Shown in pieces: positions 21,573 through 35,042 of a DNA stretch of 64,000 bases; within the stretch, counting starts at the first letter, position 1, and every line of letters begins with the position of its first letter. Source of the stretch: Asterionella formosa (taxonomy: Eukaryota); contig NKIB01012576.1 of NCBI GenBank assembly GCA_002256025.1, positions 1-64,000 on the forward strand, read 5' to 3'. The notes under the pieces are model-generated. The model saw only the letters and a list, made by a program, of their open reading frames with translations. It had not been told where the DNA came from and did not search any database. The translations under genes were made by a program, and so were the position numbers.

Positions 21573-24500
21573 TGCGCCAATTAATCGAGATAAAGTCGAT
21601 GTTGGAAGATTGGTATAGAGATGAGCGGATTACTGATTCTTGTTTGACTCACGAAGCTGAAAGGTAATGTATACAGAGTACCGTATATATATAACAAAAA
21701 ATAGTTGGCGCAATATTTAATAGTGTTGTGCTTGCGTATTTACAGTTATTTTATCAGTGCCAACGGGCGTGATACACAGTGATCAACGGCTGTATCAGTG
21801 ATACAGCATTGTTCAGGGGGCCAAAAACTGTACACCGATGATACAGTGGTGATCAGACCAAAAAAACCGTTGGTGATACACAAAAAAAACCAAACCGCCA
21901 TTTTTGTATCATATTTCGGCGATGATACACCAATGACAACAAATAACAGAATGATAAGAACGGCCCTAAGAAAGAATTGAGGATGAGAACGAGCGAATGC
22001 ATGACAATGCATAATTACCATCTCAAGCACCAGCCAAACAAAGCAGATGAGCAATTCTTGTCATCACACACTCACCACCTGGTGCTGTGAGAAGGTCACC
22101 ATGATATGAGTGGTGCCATCCCAGCCAAGTACACATGTGTACGAGAAGGCATGCAGCCACTGAGAAGGGTGCAGCATGTGACTAGAAATATAAATTTATA
22201 TTCTGTTTAAACATGCTCTATTTTTATAATATTGATTTGTAGAAGCAATTCCATAGCATCAATGTTAAATGGCTCAAATCGTAATTTACGATTCGATTTT
22301 TCATGCTGAAGCTAGTAGTAGAACTACAATCGACATGAATCACTATACAAGCTAAAGGAAATGATTCTAGAGTGCATCTATTTACTGTTCTACAATGTTA
22401 TAATATCATATAGTATAGAATGCATTCCTATATTGTTTTTGAGGACTGCTACAAACAAATCTACTCCTGGCCTTGAAAATCTTCCATCAAATGGAATGAA
22501 GCCATTCTGGCATTCCTCTTGCTCTTCTTTCTCATCATCATGGAATATTCACTGTCAACCAACAACAAGAGCACTTACCAATTTTGTTTTGTTTTACATT
22601 GGTGCTCCCTAACAAGCGAAATGAGCTATTGAATCAACTGAGAAGAAAGGAATTGTTTAGCTTACTTACATACCACATTCATTCATTAGCTTAAACATAC
22701 TCCATCCTTCGAAGGCGCAATGTGTCAAAGCCACAATGCTTTTCGTTGTTGCATAAACTTTTCCTTGTCATATACTACTACAATATTTCTTTTCACGAAG
22801 CAGGCATGGATTGTTAACATGCCAGAGCGATTTCAAATATATTTGCCATGTATATAGTTATAACATTTGTAAGTATATAAATATATCAAGTGTCAGACAT
22901 TTATAAAATTCAAAGGCACTCTCAATATGACACATCTGCTATTACCCATGATCATTTTCACATATACATTATTCGAAAATATTCAATGCATGATATGTTC
23001 ATTGTTTTCCACGACTTCGTGTACCGGTACTGTTTCTGAAACTTTTTTGTATCAATATTTTATACGTCAGTTGTATCTAATTATTTAGGCCATTCAATTG
23101 GCGGCAGTCATACCCCATTTGTATCAATATTTATACCGAAGGTTTTCATAACAAGGTTCATGGAAACAAGCGACATGTGGCATATACTGCCAGTATGGAA
23201 CAATGAAGCAAGTACCAAAATGAGTTCGCAAAGAAAAAGCGAATCGGCGATTATCCAAAGGAACCCAATTGGCAACAGGGAGTTTGTGGGGGTACTACGC
23301 CATTGTCCACAGAGGCAGCAGCTACACAGGATCCCCTCATTGATACTGAAAGCGATGATGACGTTTCTTCTTCAGTTGTTGATAGTACAAGAAAAATTGC
23401 TCCTGTTAATAATACTATTAATAACTTCAGGATGTAGATGGACGACATGGTTCCATATCATGTATGTTCTAATAGTATGAACCAACAAGTACATGACAAA
23501 CTAAGGGAAAAACACTTTGCACTTGCCAAAGATTATTATTAATTGGTTAATAATTCAGTTCAAAACTCGTCCATATGTGGTTATTGCAGACCTACTTTCA
23601 AAGAATGTCACTCAGAAAATTCATGACACTCATGCAACCCACATTAGGAATGGGACTATGGATTTTTGGTTTCGAGATCAGGGATGGTGGTAAAAAAAAG
23701 TAATCCAACGAGTTGAGAATCAATTTTTTTAGTGATTAGAAACCTAGACCCAAGACATGCAACACTTATTGACAAATGAGTGGAGATGTTTACTTATTGA
23801 CTAGTGAATGAGATTCTCACTTTTTGTCAAATGAATAAGTGATGCTCACTTATTCTCAAATCAATATGCTTACTTTCTAATTGTCAAAGTAAGCAAGATC
23901 TTTTTGACGGGATCAAGGAAAGTGTGAGAAGTCTTGTTCAGGATTACATGAGTAATCAGGCAAGAACAAGCAAGACTAGATAGACTATTAACAGAAAGCT
24001 CACAATATTTCAAAGTGTCAAGTGAAAATACATTTTCAGCTTTAGTGATCTTAAAAGTAAGATCTGTGATATTTCAACTAGACAATTTAACAGCTCCAAG
24101 CACGTTACAATCATTCTTGTGTGTTTGATGCTTGTTTTACTATTTCTATACATATTACCGTTATTCTGGCTGTCATGGTAAAATATGCAATTTTAATGCC
24201 AAAAAATTCGATATGCCCCATATAGCCCCTTAATAAAAATTACTTAGAAGTACCCAAGTGGCCAGACAATAGCTGGAGCAGGAAATGCCTTAAAGGTCTG
24301 GTAGTGCATGTCTTTTCTATTACAATTCACTCCCAATGATTTTTCCCATGCCTGCTGGATAAGATAGGCCAGCTTTCGATGAAAATGATATTCCTTAAGT
24401 AATTTAGGATATGTTGCTCTTATCGACCGATGACAATTTGCAGGTACAAACTCTGAACACCACATGGATTTGCTGCCTGATCAACAATATCAGCAAAGAA

Positions 24501-24985
24501 CCGTCTACTTACTTTGGAATTCAAATAGGAATTATTCTAAATTTAGAACTTGCTGACAATGACTAGAACTTGCTGAATTAAAGTAGAAGTTACTGAGCAA
24601 TTTGTTCACTCTCTAACCAAACAGTCTTCCAGTTCCTGAATACTTTTACCTGTAGAAGTAGATTAACACAATTTCAATGAACAGAAGACAACATGGATTT
24701 AATGAATGATAATTTAATGGCATAGAAAGTTACATAAGAGAGTTCCAGCCTAACCCTTCCAGTAGACATGGGATGAATCATTGGGAGTGAGTCAGGTGCA
24801 AGAATGAACTATCGGTATGCCAATATTTCTACTCTACATACAGTAATGAGAATTCTTTTGCTTATTCTGTTACAAAAAAAATCACACGTGATGCTTTCAT
24901 ATGCTGTTTATAAATCAATTCCAATCTGCTCATAAGTTTGAAACAGTCTTTATAGAAAAAGAACATCTGAGAAGACAAAACTCAA

Positions 24986-25355
24986 ATGAATATTAGAAAC
25001 ACAATCATTGGTGTAGCATTGGCCCTAATCTTGGCTCAAGCTACTGCAAAACCAAAGTTGGTAAGTTCATTATTATACTTTATTCCTTTTTTACTATCAG
25101 TTTGCGAAAACAAGAACTAACATTCTTTGCGGTTTTCTTGTCTAGCCCATGAGCAAGCCAACCGTCAAGCCAACTAGGTTTCCCACCTTCTGGCCCACAA
25201 GCAAACCAACCAGCAAGCCAACCAAGTTTCCAACCATCAAGCCAACGGAAAAGCCAACTAGGTTTCCTACCATCAAGCCTGAGAGCAAGCCAACTAGGTC
25301 ACCTACCATCCAGCCCACAAACCCCAGCTCGCTTCAAAGTTTGTTTTTGGGTTAG
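24986..25355 (+). CDS. Short or truncated secreted KPT/PT-repeat protein; exons 24986-25060 and 25146-25355
   Basis: Signal peptide MNIRNTIIGVALALILAQATA, a phase-0 GTAAGT...TCTAG intron, then KPTxxPT repeats. The stop codon falls inside the telomeric tract. Confidence 0.65.
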
Positions 25356-25373
25356 GGTTAGGGTTAGGGTTAG
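25349..25373 (+). repeat. Interstitial telomeric repeat (GGGTTA)4
   Basis: GGGTTAGGGTTAGGGTTAGGGTTAG read directly. Confidence 0.95.
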
Positions 25374-25761
25374 AGAAATGTGCACTACCAGACCTTCCTG
25401 TGAACCATAGGTGTTGGGTACTTAGGAGTACCTCCTAGGCTGCCAGTATCTGATACTCTTACTATACCATTAGGTTTCTATTTGAGAATTTCTTCAGGAA
25501 GTGCTGGAGATGGTGAACAATTCGTTAATTGTAAGGGGAAGTCTGGATGTGAGGTGAGATGGCCAGTGAGTCTGGTGGAGAGTGCAAGTTACATGATTGT
25601 TGTATGCTTAAAGCTCAATTAATTGGGACTTCAGTATAATGAACTTTGTGAATACTCTGGATTAATTGCCATCATTATTCTTGGTAGGTTGCTGGTGCCT
25701 AGTTAATAGATAAATTGTTGCATGCAAAAGCTATGCATATTTAGTCTGAAAACATTCTTGT

Positions 25762-26859
25762 TCAAGTCCTGCATAATACCGCCAAATAACCTTCCTGGGC
25801 TTCCTTGCTTGAGCCGGCATCTGCTGGTAAACATACAACCCTCAACCCAAACGCCAAAGCAGTCAATTCGATAGTGTCCGGAAGGGATCGCTTAACCATT
25901 ACTGGATTGGCTTTGTTTTGAGCAATTACGTGAGATGCTCCCTGTGCATGCATGATCACTATTGTTCCATTTGGTCGAAGCAGCGTTGCCGCTTTCTGCA
26001 GCGCTCCAATGAGATCTGGAAGGTCGTGAATTGAGGAGCAAAAGATGATACCGTCAAACCCTCCAGCATTCTCATACTCTTCAAGAAAGTCAGAAACAAT
26101 AAAATCAACTCCTTTGTGAAACTTCTGGGCATTATAAATCATCTCAGAGGACAAGTCAACTCCGACGATTTGAGAAGGATTAACGCCAAGTCCAGTAAGG
26201 TGTGGAACCAAAATACCTGGACCACAACCCACATCTAAACAACGTCCATTCACTCCAGCGACTTTAACTGCGTCAGCGATGTACCTACATGCATTGTCAA
26301 CCCTAGTTTCGATTTCCTTGGGCATATTCCCAATTATTGATCTCACTGCTTTTGCTTCAGCAGATGCGTCCCATGTCAGCTTCTGGAACAATTTCTGCAT
26401 ATCATTACCTCCTAGTCCGTGCGTTTCATAAATCTTCCGTAATTCGTCTTTTGCTCGCCGAGCTCCTTCCATGTCTTGCTGCGGTATTGATGTTTGGTCC
26501 AAAACTGAAATTTTGGAAAAGTGCGCATTCCATTGCTCCGTTTGTTTATAAAGTTGAGCAGCCATTTGCAAATGAGGCGGTAATTCACTCATGGCCTTGT
26601 TGATTCTCTCCTCTGTTCCGAGTGCAATATCACCACCATACTTTTCGACAAGTTTCTCTTGCGCTTTCTTCGCATCACTAGACTTTACTTTGTTTTTGCC
26701 AGTAGGCTTCGAAAGGCGTTTTCCAAATCCGGCATGCAGAACGTGTTTGTTATTTGTTGTCCTGATCATTCGTTCTGCGCATTGCTGGAACAGAAAGGAC
26801 CTAACAAGGGGGGCATCGATGGCTAGAAGGGTTACGCTACAAAGGACCAACGCTTTCAT
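25762..26859 (-). CDS. Class I SAM-dependent methyltransferase, probably plastid-targeted
   Basis: Motif I CLDVGCGPG plus VGVDLSSEMI, FDGIIFCSSIHD and LLRPNG. The start at 26859 gives the signal MKALVLCSVTLLAIDAPLVRS followed by F. Confidence 0.85.
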   Translation of the reverse strand: MKALVLCSVTLLAIDAPLVRSFLFQQCAERMIRTTNNKHVLHAGFGKRLSKPTGKNKVKSSDAKKAQEKLVEKYGGDIALGTEERINKAMSELPPHLQMAAQLYKQTEQWNAHFSKISVLDQTSIPQQDMEGARRAKDELRKIYETHGLGGNDMQKLFQKLTWDASAEAKAVRSIIGNMPKEIETRVDNACRYIADAVKVAGVNGRCLDVGCGPGILVPHLTGLGVNPSQIVGVDLSSEMIYNAQKFHKGVDFIVSDFLEEYENAGGFDGIIFCSSIHDLPDLIGALQKAATLLRPNGTIVIMHAQGASHVIAQNKANPVMVKRSLPDTIELTALAFGLRVVCLPADAGSSKEAQEGYLAVLCRT

Positions 26860-28129
26860 GTGGTCGATTGTAACTCGCAACACTTGTGTAATCGGTTTCA
26901 CCGCCTTCACATAAATTGTTGTTACCTGGTACTTGTACCAGAGGCACAAATGTTGAACCCCTTTATCGGTGGAACAATTTGACGCAAATTATATTATGTA
27001 CGCGTTAAATATTTGTGTGGTTGTAAAGCTGACTCCTTTGTCGGTTCCTTTTGTGTTTCTCTATTCCAAAAGAAAGGTGAATGCCATGATTACTACCAGG
27101 TACCAGGTACCGTAGTCTTCGCTTTTGCCGGCCCTACGTCACAGTCAGAAACACCGCTGGTAGAATACGAGACAGAAATACTATTCCTAATTCGCTGATC
27201 ACACTTCGTCGAGGGCAATTGCTTTCGAAACTTGTCTCCGTTACAATGAAGACCTGCCCCTCCATTTAAGTGCATTGGTTTGGTGCAATTCCCAATAGCC
27301 AAGATACAAGTTCCAAAAAATGCCGGCCCTATGATACTCTCTCGAAGAAGATACGTAAGAGCTGTAGATCAACATGATGATGAATTTTATTTCATCATTG
27401 ATCACTGTAAAGATCTTGTTTAAAAAGGAGACGAACGAGGTGAATAGAGGATGATCTATGTAGTTGAGGAGAGCGAAACGAGATAGAGTCGATGAGAGGT
27501 GACTACAGTTGTGATTGTTCTGGTCTGACGTTGACCCGTCTGACGTGTTGTATTTGGTATGTACGTATTCATGTATGAGGAGAATTAGATAGTCCCCCCC
27601 CAGATGGAGCACTTCTCGTAACGGATACTGTAGGATTCGGAAAATAATAGCGTCGTAAAAAAACTCTCTCAATTTTGACTTTTAACTGGTAACCATTTCG
27701 TCTGGCGGTTCTCCAGCTCGGGCAATAGGCACCCACAGAGTGGTTACCGGTTAAAAGCAGTAACCGGTATGTTGACAAAGTTAGAAATCGTCACCAAAAC
27801 GTCATCGTCAGCATTTGCGAAAAAGGGCAATTTGAAATTTATAAGTAATTTAAAAATGCGTCTTATTAGCGTATGATCAATCCGAGTTCTATTGTAGTTC
27901 ATCAATGCAAACAACGACGACTGTATGACAGACCTGTTGTGGGGAAATAAGGGAAGTTTCCATTGCTTGACCAAAGTATTAAGCTTCATTGAAGACTTAG
28001 TAAATGATGGGTAGTATTCTCCTGACCTTCATGTTGATGAAGTGCATTGCATCGCATCGCATCGCATCGTTGTAACATGGATGAAACAACGTTGTTGAAG
28101 TGTTAAAGAATCGAGGACCTAGCTAGGCA

Positions 28130-28860
28130 GTAGTCCTTGGAATGTGGATTATTGCGGCCACCACGGTTGGAATGATATTGTCCACCTCTATTGTTACCAC
28201 GTGATTGGTTGTCCTGCCAGCCGCGCTGGTTATTATAGCAACCGCTTTGAACACATCCACGCCTGCCCCCCCCCCCCAGGAGTCAACATTACTGATATTG
28301 CGGTATTTTACAGCAGCTTGGAGGTCAGATTTAGTGTTGTCATTATCCATAATGAGGTATTTGAGCACCTGCATGTTTGGGTGTGCGTTTTATACCTTCA
28401 AGGAATTTCCTGACCTGTGTGAATCCATCTAGAGGTATATTGAGCTCCTCCATCCTTTCAATGTTCAACATATTATGTATAGTAAACTATTGATCGAAGG
28501 AGAATTATGATCATTGATCTTTGTAGAATGCTTGTTCAATCCAAGTATTGGCCTCCTCCTTACTACGATTATTTTTAGAGTCTTGGCCATCCATCATAGC
28601 GACCATTGTCTTCTATGCTGTATAACCATCTGATGTAGACCTATGCCTGTCAACAATTGCTTCCGTAGTGCCACCACTGGCTGGTCTAACTGACCAATGT
28701 CTGGTACTAGAGGTCATAGTTGTTGGCTTGATAAATTGTGCTGTATAATGGAGTAGATTTAATGAGGTTTGATGCATTATTATCTATGACATCCTCACTG
28801 TCAATCTCCATTTCATCTTCATCCTGTGTGAGCCAGAGGAAAGGTACACCATTCATATTT
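28130..28860 (-). pseudogene. Decayed copia (CoDi-type) gag
   Basis: Minus-strand fragments NGVPFLWL, LIKSTPLYSTIYQANNY, DGYTA..MMDGQDSKNNR, QVRKFLEGI, RNISNV and an RGG-rich tail. Many stops and frameshifts. Confidence 0.65.
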
Positions 28861-29159
28861 CTTTTTTTTCGCTAGGTATGTGAAAAGCTCTCGTTTTTTC
28901 TCCAGTGTTATTTGAGGAAAAATACCGGTATGAAATTACCTACTGGTATATATATATATCGAATCAAATGAATCAAAATAATATGGCACCAGAAAAAACA
29001 GAACTCGAAAACAATCTGCATTGCCAGTAAAACCCATAATTCAATTAAAACTTTTAGGAATGATTACAATCGATTTCTGCAACATCGTTGTTGTTCATAT
29101 CTACGGCCTATTTGGTCCCTGACGTATCCTTACACCAGGATACAAGAAAGTTATCAAAG

Positions 29160-31505
29160 ACATGATCGGGACGCAATTTCAACAGTTTTAATTGAATTGG
29201 CCAGACAGGAAGCGCCGTAATATCAAAACCAACAACAGGCGGACCATGGAGAGTCAGGAGACAAGTTTTGAGGGTACCAGACCACCCAGAGTCTGAAGAA
29301 GTCGCAAAAGGCGCAAAATGAGAGGCAAAGGAAAGTTTACCAAGAATGTTCAGGCCAAGGGCAAGTTTCAAGCCAAGGGCTGAAGGAGAAATAATGCTTC
29401 TCACACCAACAAGAAGTCTGTTAATGACTACAACTACTACCTCAGATTGGCAAAGCAGGCATCTGACTATGAGACTACTACTGAGTACCTCATCAACTAC
29501 ATCAAAAAAGTGTTCAACTATGGTAATGAAATAGGAACCGTGCTCGAGTTATTAGAACCAATGAGCACAGCATCGGCAGCATGGAAGCCAAGAATTCATA
29601 TGTCTGCAAAAAATCGGCAATATGAGATTGAATTCAAGGCTGATTATGACGCCTACAGTAAAAGGGTACAGACTTTTGAAAATAACAATACCAAGGAGTA
29701 GGCGTTGCTCTGGGAAAGATGCAACAAGGCTATTGAAAGACAAGATTGAAGCAAGATCGGCTTATATAGTAAAATCAAAAATAATCCAATAACCTTGCTT
29801 ATTGCAATTAAAGAACACGCATTAAATTACAACTTGTTGCAAACCTCTGCCAGTTGTGGATGACTACATCGAAATTCCCAAAGAGCTTATTTAAGCTCAA
29901 CTCGAAGTTACTACTATTTGCATTGATGGAATGAAAGTGAATGGACAATCCTTTCTTACAACAATGTCGCAAAAGAATATGTATAAGACAGCACTATTGG
30001 TCAAAAGTCAGACAGCATATGTCTATCAAGATGCTTTGACTCAGGTATTCTGTGTTTATAATACTGGAGGATTCAGAATTATGAGAATCCACAGCAACAA
30101 CAAGTTTCGAACTTTGATGGAACCACTTTCCAATGAATTTCAAGTCACTCTGAATTATTCAACCCCACAAGAACATGTTCCCAAAGCAGAACAAAACAAT
30201 TGTGTGATCAAAGAACGCGTATGCACAGGCAGGTTATCACCAATTACCTACTATCAAGCATTTGCCGGAGCTGATGATTAAGATTCTATTCACAGAATCT
30301 GCAAAGAAATTTAATTTCTTCCCAGCAAAGAATGGGGTATCCCCATATTACAGTCCTCGTATGATTCTACATCAACGAAACCTGGTGGACTATGCTCGAC
30401 ATTGCTAGTATGCATTTGGCACTTATGTCCAAGCACAAGAAGAACCTTTGTTTTTAAACACCAATGCACCACACAGCCTAGATTTCATTTATCTACGCAA
30501 CAATGACAGTGTGAAAGGAGGTCATGAGTTACTACACCTACCTACAAATTCATTGATCACTAGACGTACAGTTACTCCCCCCCCCTACCAGTCAGCCTGC
30601 GGTAAGTGGCGGCCACTTACCGCAGCAATCATAAATCAAGAAGTACATGCCCTTGTTGCGCAGGAAAATATACCAGACGGTCTCAGGATATCGAATCGAA
30701 CGGGACAACTATTTTTTGATAGCTAGTGCTTGGATTGTAGGAGTGGATTATGACAATGAAGCTTTTGAAGATGCACAAGATGGAGATTATGATGATGAAC
30801 AAGCTAGTGATGACGAAAGTAATAATGAACTGCTCAGAGAAGACTATGATGAAAATGGCTCTTGATGTATTATATGAAGCAGAACAGTTCAAACTAGACA
30901 ATATCCAAGAGGATTACCCTAAACCTGAGGGCAACCAACAACGAAAATAACGTTGAAATGAATGCTGATGAAATCCAAGATAAGGATGAAAACCTGTAAA
31001 TGAAACTGAAAATGAAGAGGCAATGTTAGAAGAAGAAGTCAATAGAAGCACTGAGGATGACACAAACCCAAATGTTAGAACTAAAAGGTCTGAAAGGGTC
31101 TCAAGACCACCAACAAAACTAACTATGGTCCAACATCATTTGCTTACTAAAGCACACTGTCAAGAAGAATACACCACTAATAATGCGAAAGTGATCGCAA
31201 TATAAATGTGTTATATTCACTTCGTTCAGTCATACAGCTTAACAAAAGGCCTCAAGGAATTTGGCCAGAAAGGAAGAGATGCTGCCTATAAGGAAATGAA
31301 ACAACTACACGATAGAGTTGTATTTGAACTGATTAGGGTTGAAGACCTGACTGAGCTCGAAAAGCGACCCACAATGGAAAGCCTAATTTTTGGGTTGAAA
31401 AGAGAGATATGAGTTTTACAGGCAGATCTTGTGGCAATGGCAGGTTCTTAATGTGAATACATGGAAAGAGATGAGGCAGCTAGTCCCACCACTATGACTG
31501 AATCT
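29160..31505 (+). mobile_element. Decayed, internally deleted Ty1/copia fragment (gag, integrase, RT start)
   Basis: Gag YLINYIKKVFNYGNEIG; integrase IHSNNKF...EHVPKAEQNNCVIKER and GGHELLHLPT; RT start GLKEFGQKGRDAAYKEMKQLHDR...AASPTTMTES. It is cut off at a DNA-transposon TIR at 31506. Confidence 0.8.
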
Positions 31506-33520
31506 CGTCTGCAAATAAAAACTATCATGAAGATAGGATCAAGGGTATTGTAGGCTCTGTGGCACAGGATTTTTGCATACATGATAGTTTTTGGATCAAA
31601 AATATGATCAATGTATCATATAATTATGATCATGCAGTAAACTTTTACCGAGCTTGAAGGATGATGATACTATCATAGTTATAATACCATTGCATCATAT
31701 AATTAGTTAAACATGGTACTATGATGTGTATACTTTGGTCATGCATCTATATTAGCATGATTGTAATTCTCATCGATATCACTGTCTAAAATAGGATGAA
31801 ATGGATCGAAATTTAGAACTATATTTAGCTAAGAATGGTTCTATGATTCTATGATATCTTAAGTGGCTACAGAATGTTCTACAATACTCTCATCGCAATG
31901 ATTGGTGCTTCAGCTGCTTTCGCTTCCACCTTCCCCCCAATCCAATTCTGAAGGTTGTTGTACTGGTTGCCTTGCCGTTGTTCCCCTGCTTTGTTCCATT
32001 TACTCCTGAGGGTTGTTCTGAGTTTGCATTCACGCATTTTCCTATTACTATTGAATCCGTTTCGTTGTTCCAATCACCATCCATATGAACAAAGAGAAGC
32101 AATTCATTTTTAGCTGTTCATGTTTTGCTTACACAACAACATGCATTTCGCTTCTATCTTCACTTACCAAAAATTGAGGAAATAAATGATGCATATTTCT
32201 GTGAAATAATGTGTCAGTTGAAGATTGAATATGAAAGTATCGATCAATAAATGGGCTTCAATGCTTTTGTTGTTTGTAACTTACAAAAACTGTTTGTCTA
32301 CCATTATCCTGAAAGAAGCAACACACATGAGTCAGTTTTTCTAATAGTTGTGGATTGATCCAAAGATGGCTGATAGCACTTACCGATTTCTTTTGTCCAC
32401 ATCGATGGTTGGCCAGCCACCAAATCGAAAAGGAGCTATTGAATCACTGAAAGGGGATAAGTCATTCCGTATTTGTAATCCCAACAATTGCTTGATCATC
32501 CTGGCATTTGCTCTTGACAAACCGTGATACTATGCACAGCTTGTTGATTCCACCCTTCTCCATCATATTGACCCCTTCTTAGCCGCATTTTTTGTTTTTT
32601 GTTGTATTGTCACTTCAGTTTTTCGCATCATGTGTTGCTTGAGATCCTTCATTTCAGGAAGTGTATGCATGACAAGGAACATAAAAGGCATTTGCTCTTG
32701 ACTTACCATCATCAATTGATTCTGCCCTTCCTCTCTGTACTCACTTCTTCTAAGACGCAAGTATCATTGTGTTGTATTATCACTTTCGTTTTCCATGTCA
32801 TCATGTGTGATGATCCTTCATTTCAGGAGCAGAGTGCATGCATGACAAGGAACATGAAAACATGATTTCAAATGTTTCAGCCATGAATGCATCTATATAA
32901 AGATTTGTAAGTTTAAATGTATATATAGTTGAACATTTGCATAGTTTTAAACGTGCTCATTATACAGCACATCCTGTGTATACTAATATCAATTTTGATA
33001 TTGAAGGCTGCGTGAAGTGTATTATACCATGCAAAGAAGTGTGCGGAATCAAGCATGATGAGTCCATAGTTTTCCACGACCTGTTGAATTTTTCTAATTT
33101 GTTATGTGTCAATTCTTTTACTGTACCTACAAGTCAGTGGCTGATTTAATTAAGCCCCTTAATAAACAGGAGTCATCACCAATTTTTCAAATGGTCGAAA
33201 TCATACATTTATGTGTATAGACATATTGACCAAAATTCATATGACCTACCGGTAGTACTGTATACTTACTGTGTATTACTTCTTCTATCATGGGAGTACC
33301 ACAATAGTGCAGCGGAAAACTGAATATGCTCATGTGTTAAGGATCATTTGATCATATTTTTAAGATCAATTTATCCTGATTCCTGAAAATAAATTTTGAT
33401 CTTTCATTGTCTCATCAACGACACCATTTATCATATGATCAATATGTTATGATCAAAAGTATAAGATGAACAAATCGGATTTTTTTGATTAAAATTTATT
33501 GATTAACGATCATAGTTTAT
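31506..33520. mobile_element. DNA transposon relic sharing its TIR with 52182-54090
   Basis: Begins CGTCTGCAAATAAAAACTATCATGAAGATAGGATCAAGGGTATTGTA, nearly identical to 52182-52228. GATCAT-rich subterminal regions at about 31580-31800 and 33340-33515. The right TIR was not found, so the end is approximate. Confidence 0.6.
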
Positions 33521-33745
33521 ACCTGAGCAGTTGCTCATGCATGCAACCCCTTCCCCCTCTTTATACAGTATGGAAGTGATTACCCCCTACCCCAAGCTAC
33601 CAAATTTTTATGTCTTGTACGAATTATCGCAGCATGCATGCATACTACATGATGACTCCTACTGGCATATGCAATGCGGAAATGATGACCACCAGACTAC
33701 CTATCCTATAGGTCCTGTAGAATTATCGCAACATGGCTGCATATC

Positions 33746-33940
33746 TAATGAAAGGGCGGGAGAAGTCATCCATGCACCTGTATGATATGAAATATGGAAA
33801 TGATCAAATATAGTCTACAAAAGGAGCAGTGCATCATATATGCCCTGTTAATGAAAGGGAGTAGTCATCCATGCACCTGTATATGAATATGGAAATGATC
33901 AAATATACACAAGGAGCAGTGCATCATATATGCCCTGTTA
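33746..33940. repeat. Imperfect tandem duplication of a 90-105 bp unit
   Basis: AATGAAAGGG...GTCATCCATGCACCTGTA...GGAAATGATCAAATATA...GCAGTGCATCATATATGCCCTGTTA occurs twice in a row. Confidence 0.85.
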
Positions 33941-34068
33941 TTTCAATTCCTATGAAATCTCTTGATCTGTTCTGCTCATTTTCGCCACAATCGTTTTCAT
34001 TGTCTGTTTCACTGGACAGCATTCGAATTGATTGTGCTTCAAACAAAGAAATGATCAAAGTCCACCCC

Positions 34069-34278
34069 ATTGCAGAATGGTGAGTCTCAAAACTATGTAT
34101 CATCCAGGCTATTAAAATGGGACCATCTTTTGTGCACCCTTGTTGTGTTTGTACATTGACTTGGCAACTGTCAGCCAAGAGCAGCCATGGTATGCCACCA
34201 TATATTGTCTATACGAATTTTCGAATGTGTTCAGCTATGATGACTTTTACTCCTACACACTATCTCACCACCCTTGTC
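34069..34278 (-). repeat. Dispersed copy of a Tc1/IS630-like transposase C-terminus (matches 52236-52448)
   Basis: About 210 bp of high identity to 52236-52448; the minus strand encodes ...IRKF...HSFETHHSA. Confidence 0.85.
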
Positions 34279-34279
34279 T

Positions 34280-34445
34280 TAAAAATTAGCTTGGATATGA
34301 GAATTGCAAAAATATTTCATGCTTTGGTCATGCAAGGAATGTTCATTTGTAAGCAAGGAAGACAGGACATTCAACCAGGTATTACATTTCTGGCAACCTG
34401 AAGTACCAAGCCAAATGAAGGCAATTGGGTAAAATTAGTCAAAAT
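34280..34445 (+). pseudogene. Copia RT C-terminal fragment
   Basis: FHALVMQGMFICKQGRQDIQPGITFLAT*STKPNEGNWVKL is equivalent to the ARxDI..AVxFL..RV..P...DWxKL region of copia RT. Confidence 0.65.
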
Positions 34446-34731
34446 TAAAGCAACTCAGAATGACAACTGGCTATAGTATAAATGTGTTCCTGCAACACCA
34501 AGTAATTGTCACCTATCGCTTTTTCACGGATCACAATACAGTGATAGAATCACTCTGATTGGTTACTATTTTCACTGTTTTTGTCTGTTCCTCTTGATCT
34601 CTTCTTTTTGCTCTTTCAGACTATCAGAGGCTGTTGGTTTGATAAACTGTAAAGAGCATGTTTAGTAAGGAGAGAAACGAGGTGAATAAAGGATGATCTA
34701 GTTGAGGAGAGCGAAATGAGATAGAGTCGAT

Positions 34732-35042
34732 TGTTGCAAAATCTATTTTCCCCGACATACCATAGGCCCTGAACCTATGATTGTTTCAAGAATCGGTTAT
34801 ATTTGATTGAGTTGAAGGTAAGAAGAAAGTCGGATCAAACTTCGTTCTTACTAACTGGATTGTTTCGAGATAATGATCTTGAAACAAGTCTTATCTACTT
34901 CTGTATGATGGTTGGTGTACCTCTACGCACCACATCAGACCAAGTAAGTGGTACTGTTGAATCTTCTCTCCTTGTAACTAGTGTGCCAGTAACGGTACCC
35001 GGAGTTCCTGTCCCACAGTCATCAGGTCGCCATTTTTCAACA
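34732..35042 (-). repeat. 3' LTR of the young copia element
   Basis: Direct repeat of 40032-40342. Confidence 0.97.

Larger units (their letters stand above)
18115..21966 (+). mobile_element. PIF/Harbinger DNA transposon, full length (3852 bp), inactivated
   Basis: TIRs GGGCCGTTCCTATCATT and AATGATAAGAACGGCCC match at 16/17. TAA target-site duplication at 18112-18114 and 21967-21969. Carries convergent transposase and accessory ORFs. Confidence 0.93.

Noticed and set aside
22300..24900. Genes in the AT-rich block after the Harbinger element
   Set aside because: No credible ORF. Weak similarity of about 22565-22630 to about 32375-32455 suggests a decayed repeat, but it is too short to classify.
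25349..25373. True chromosome end
   Set aside because: Only four repeats, and ordinary sequence continues on both sides.
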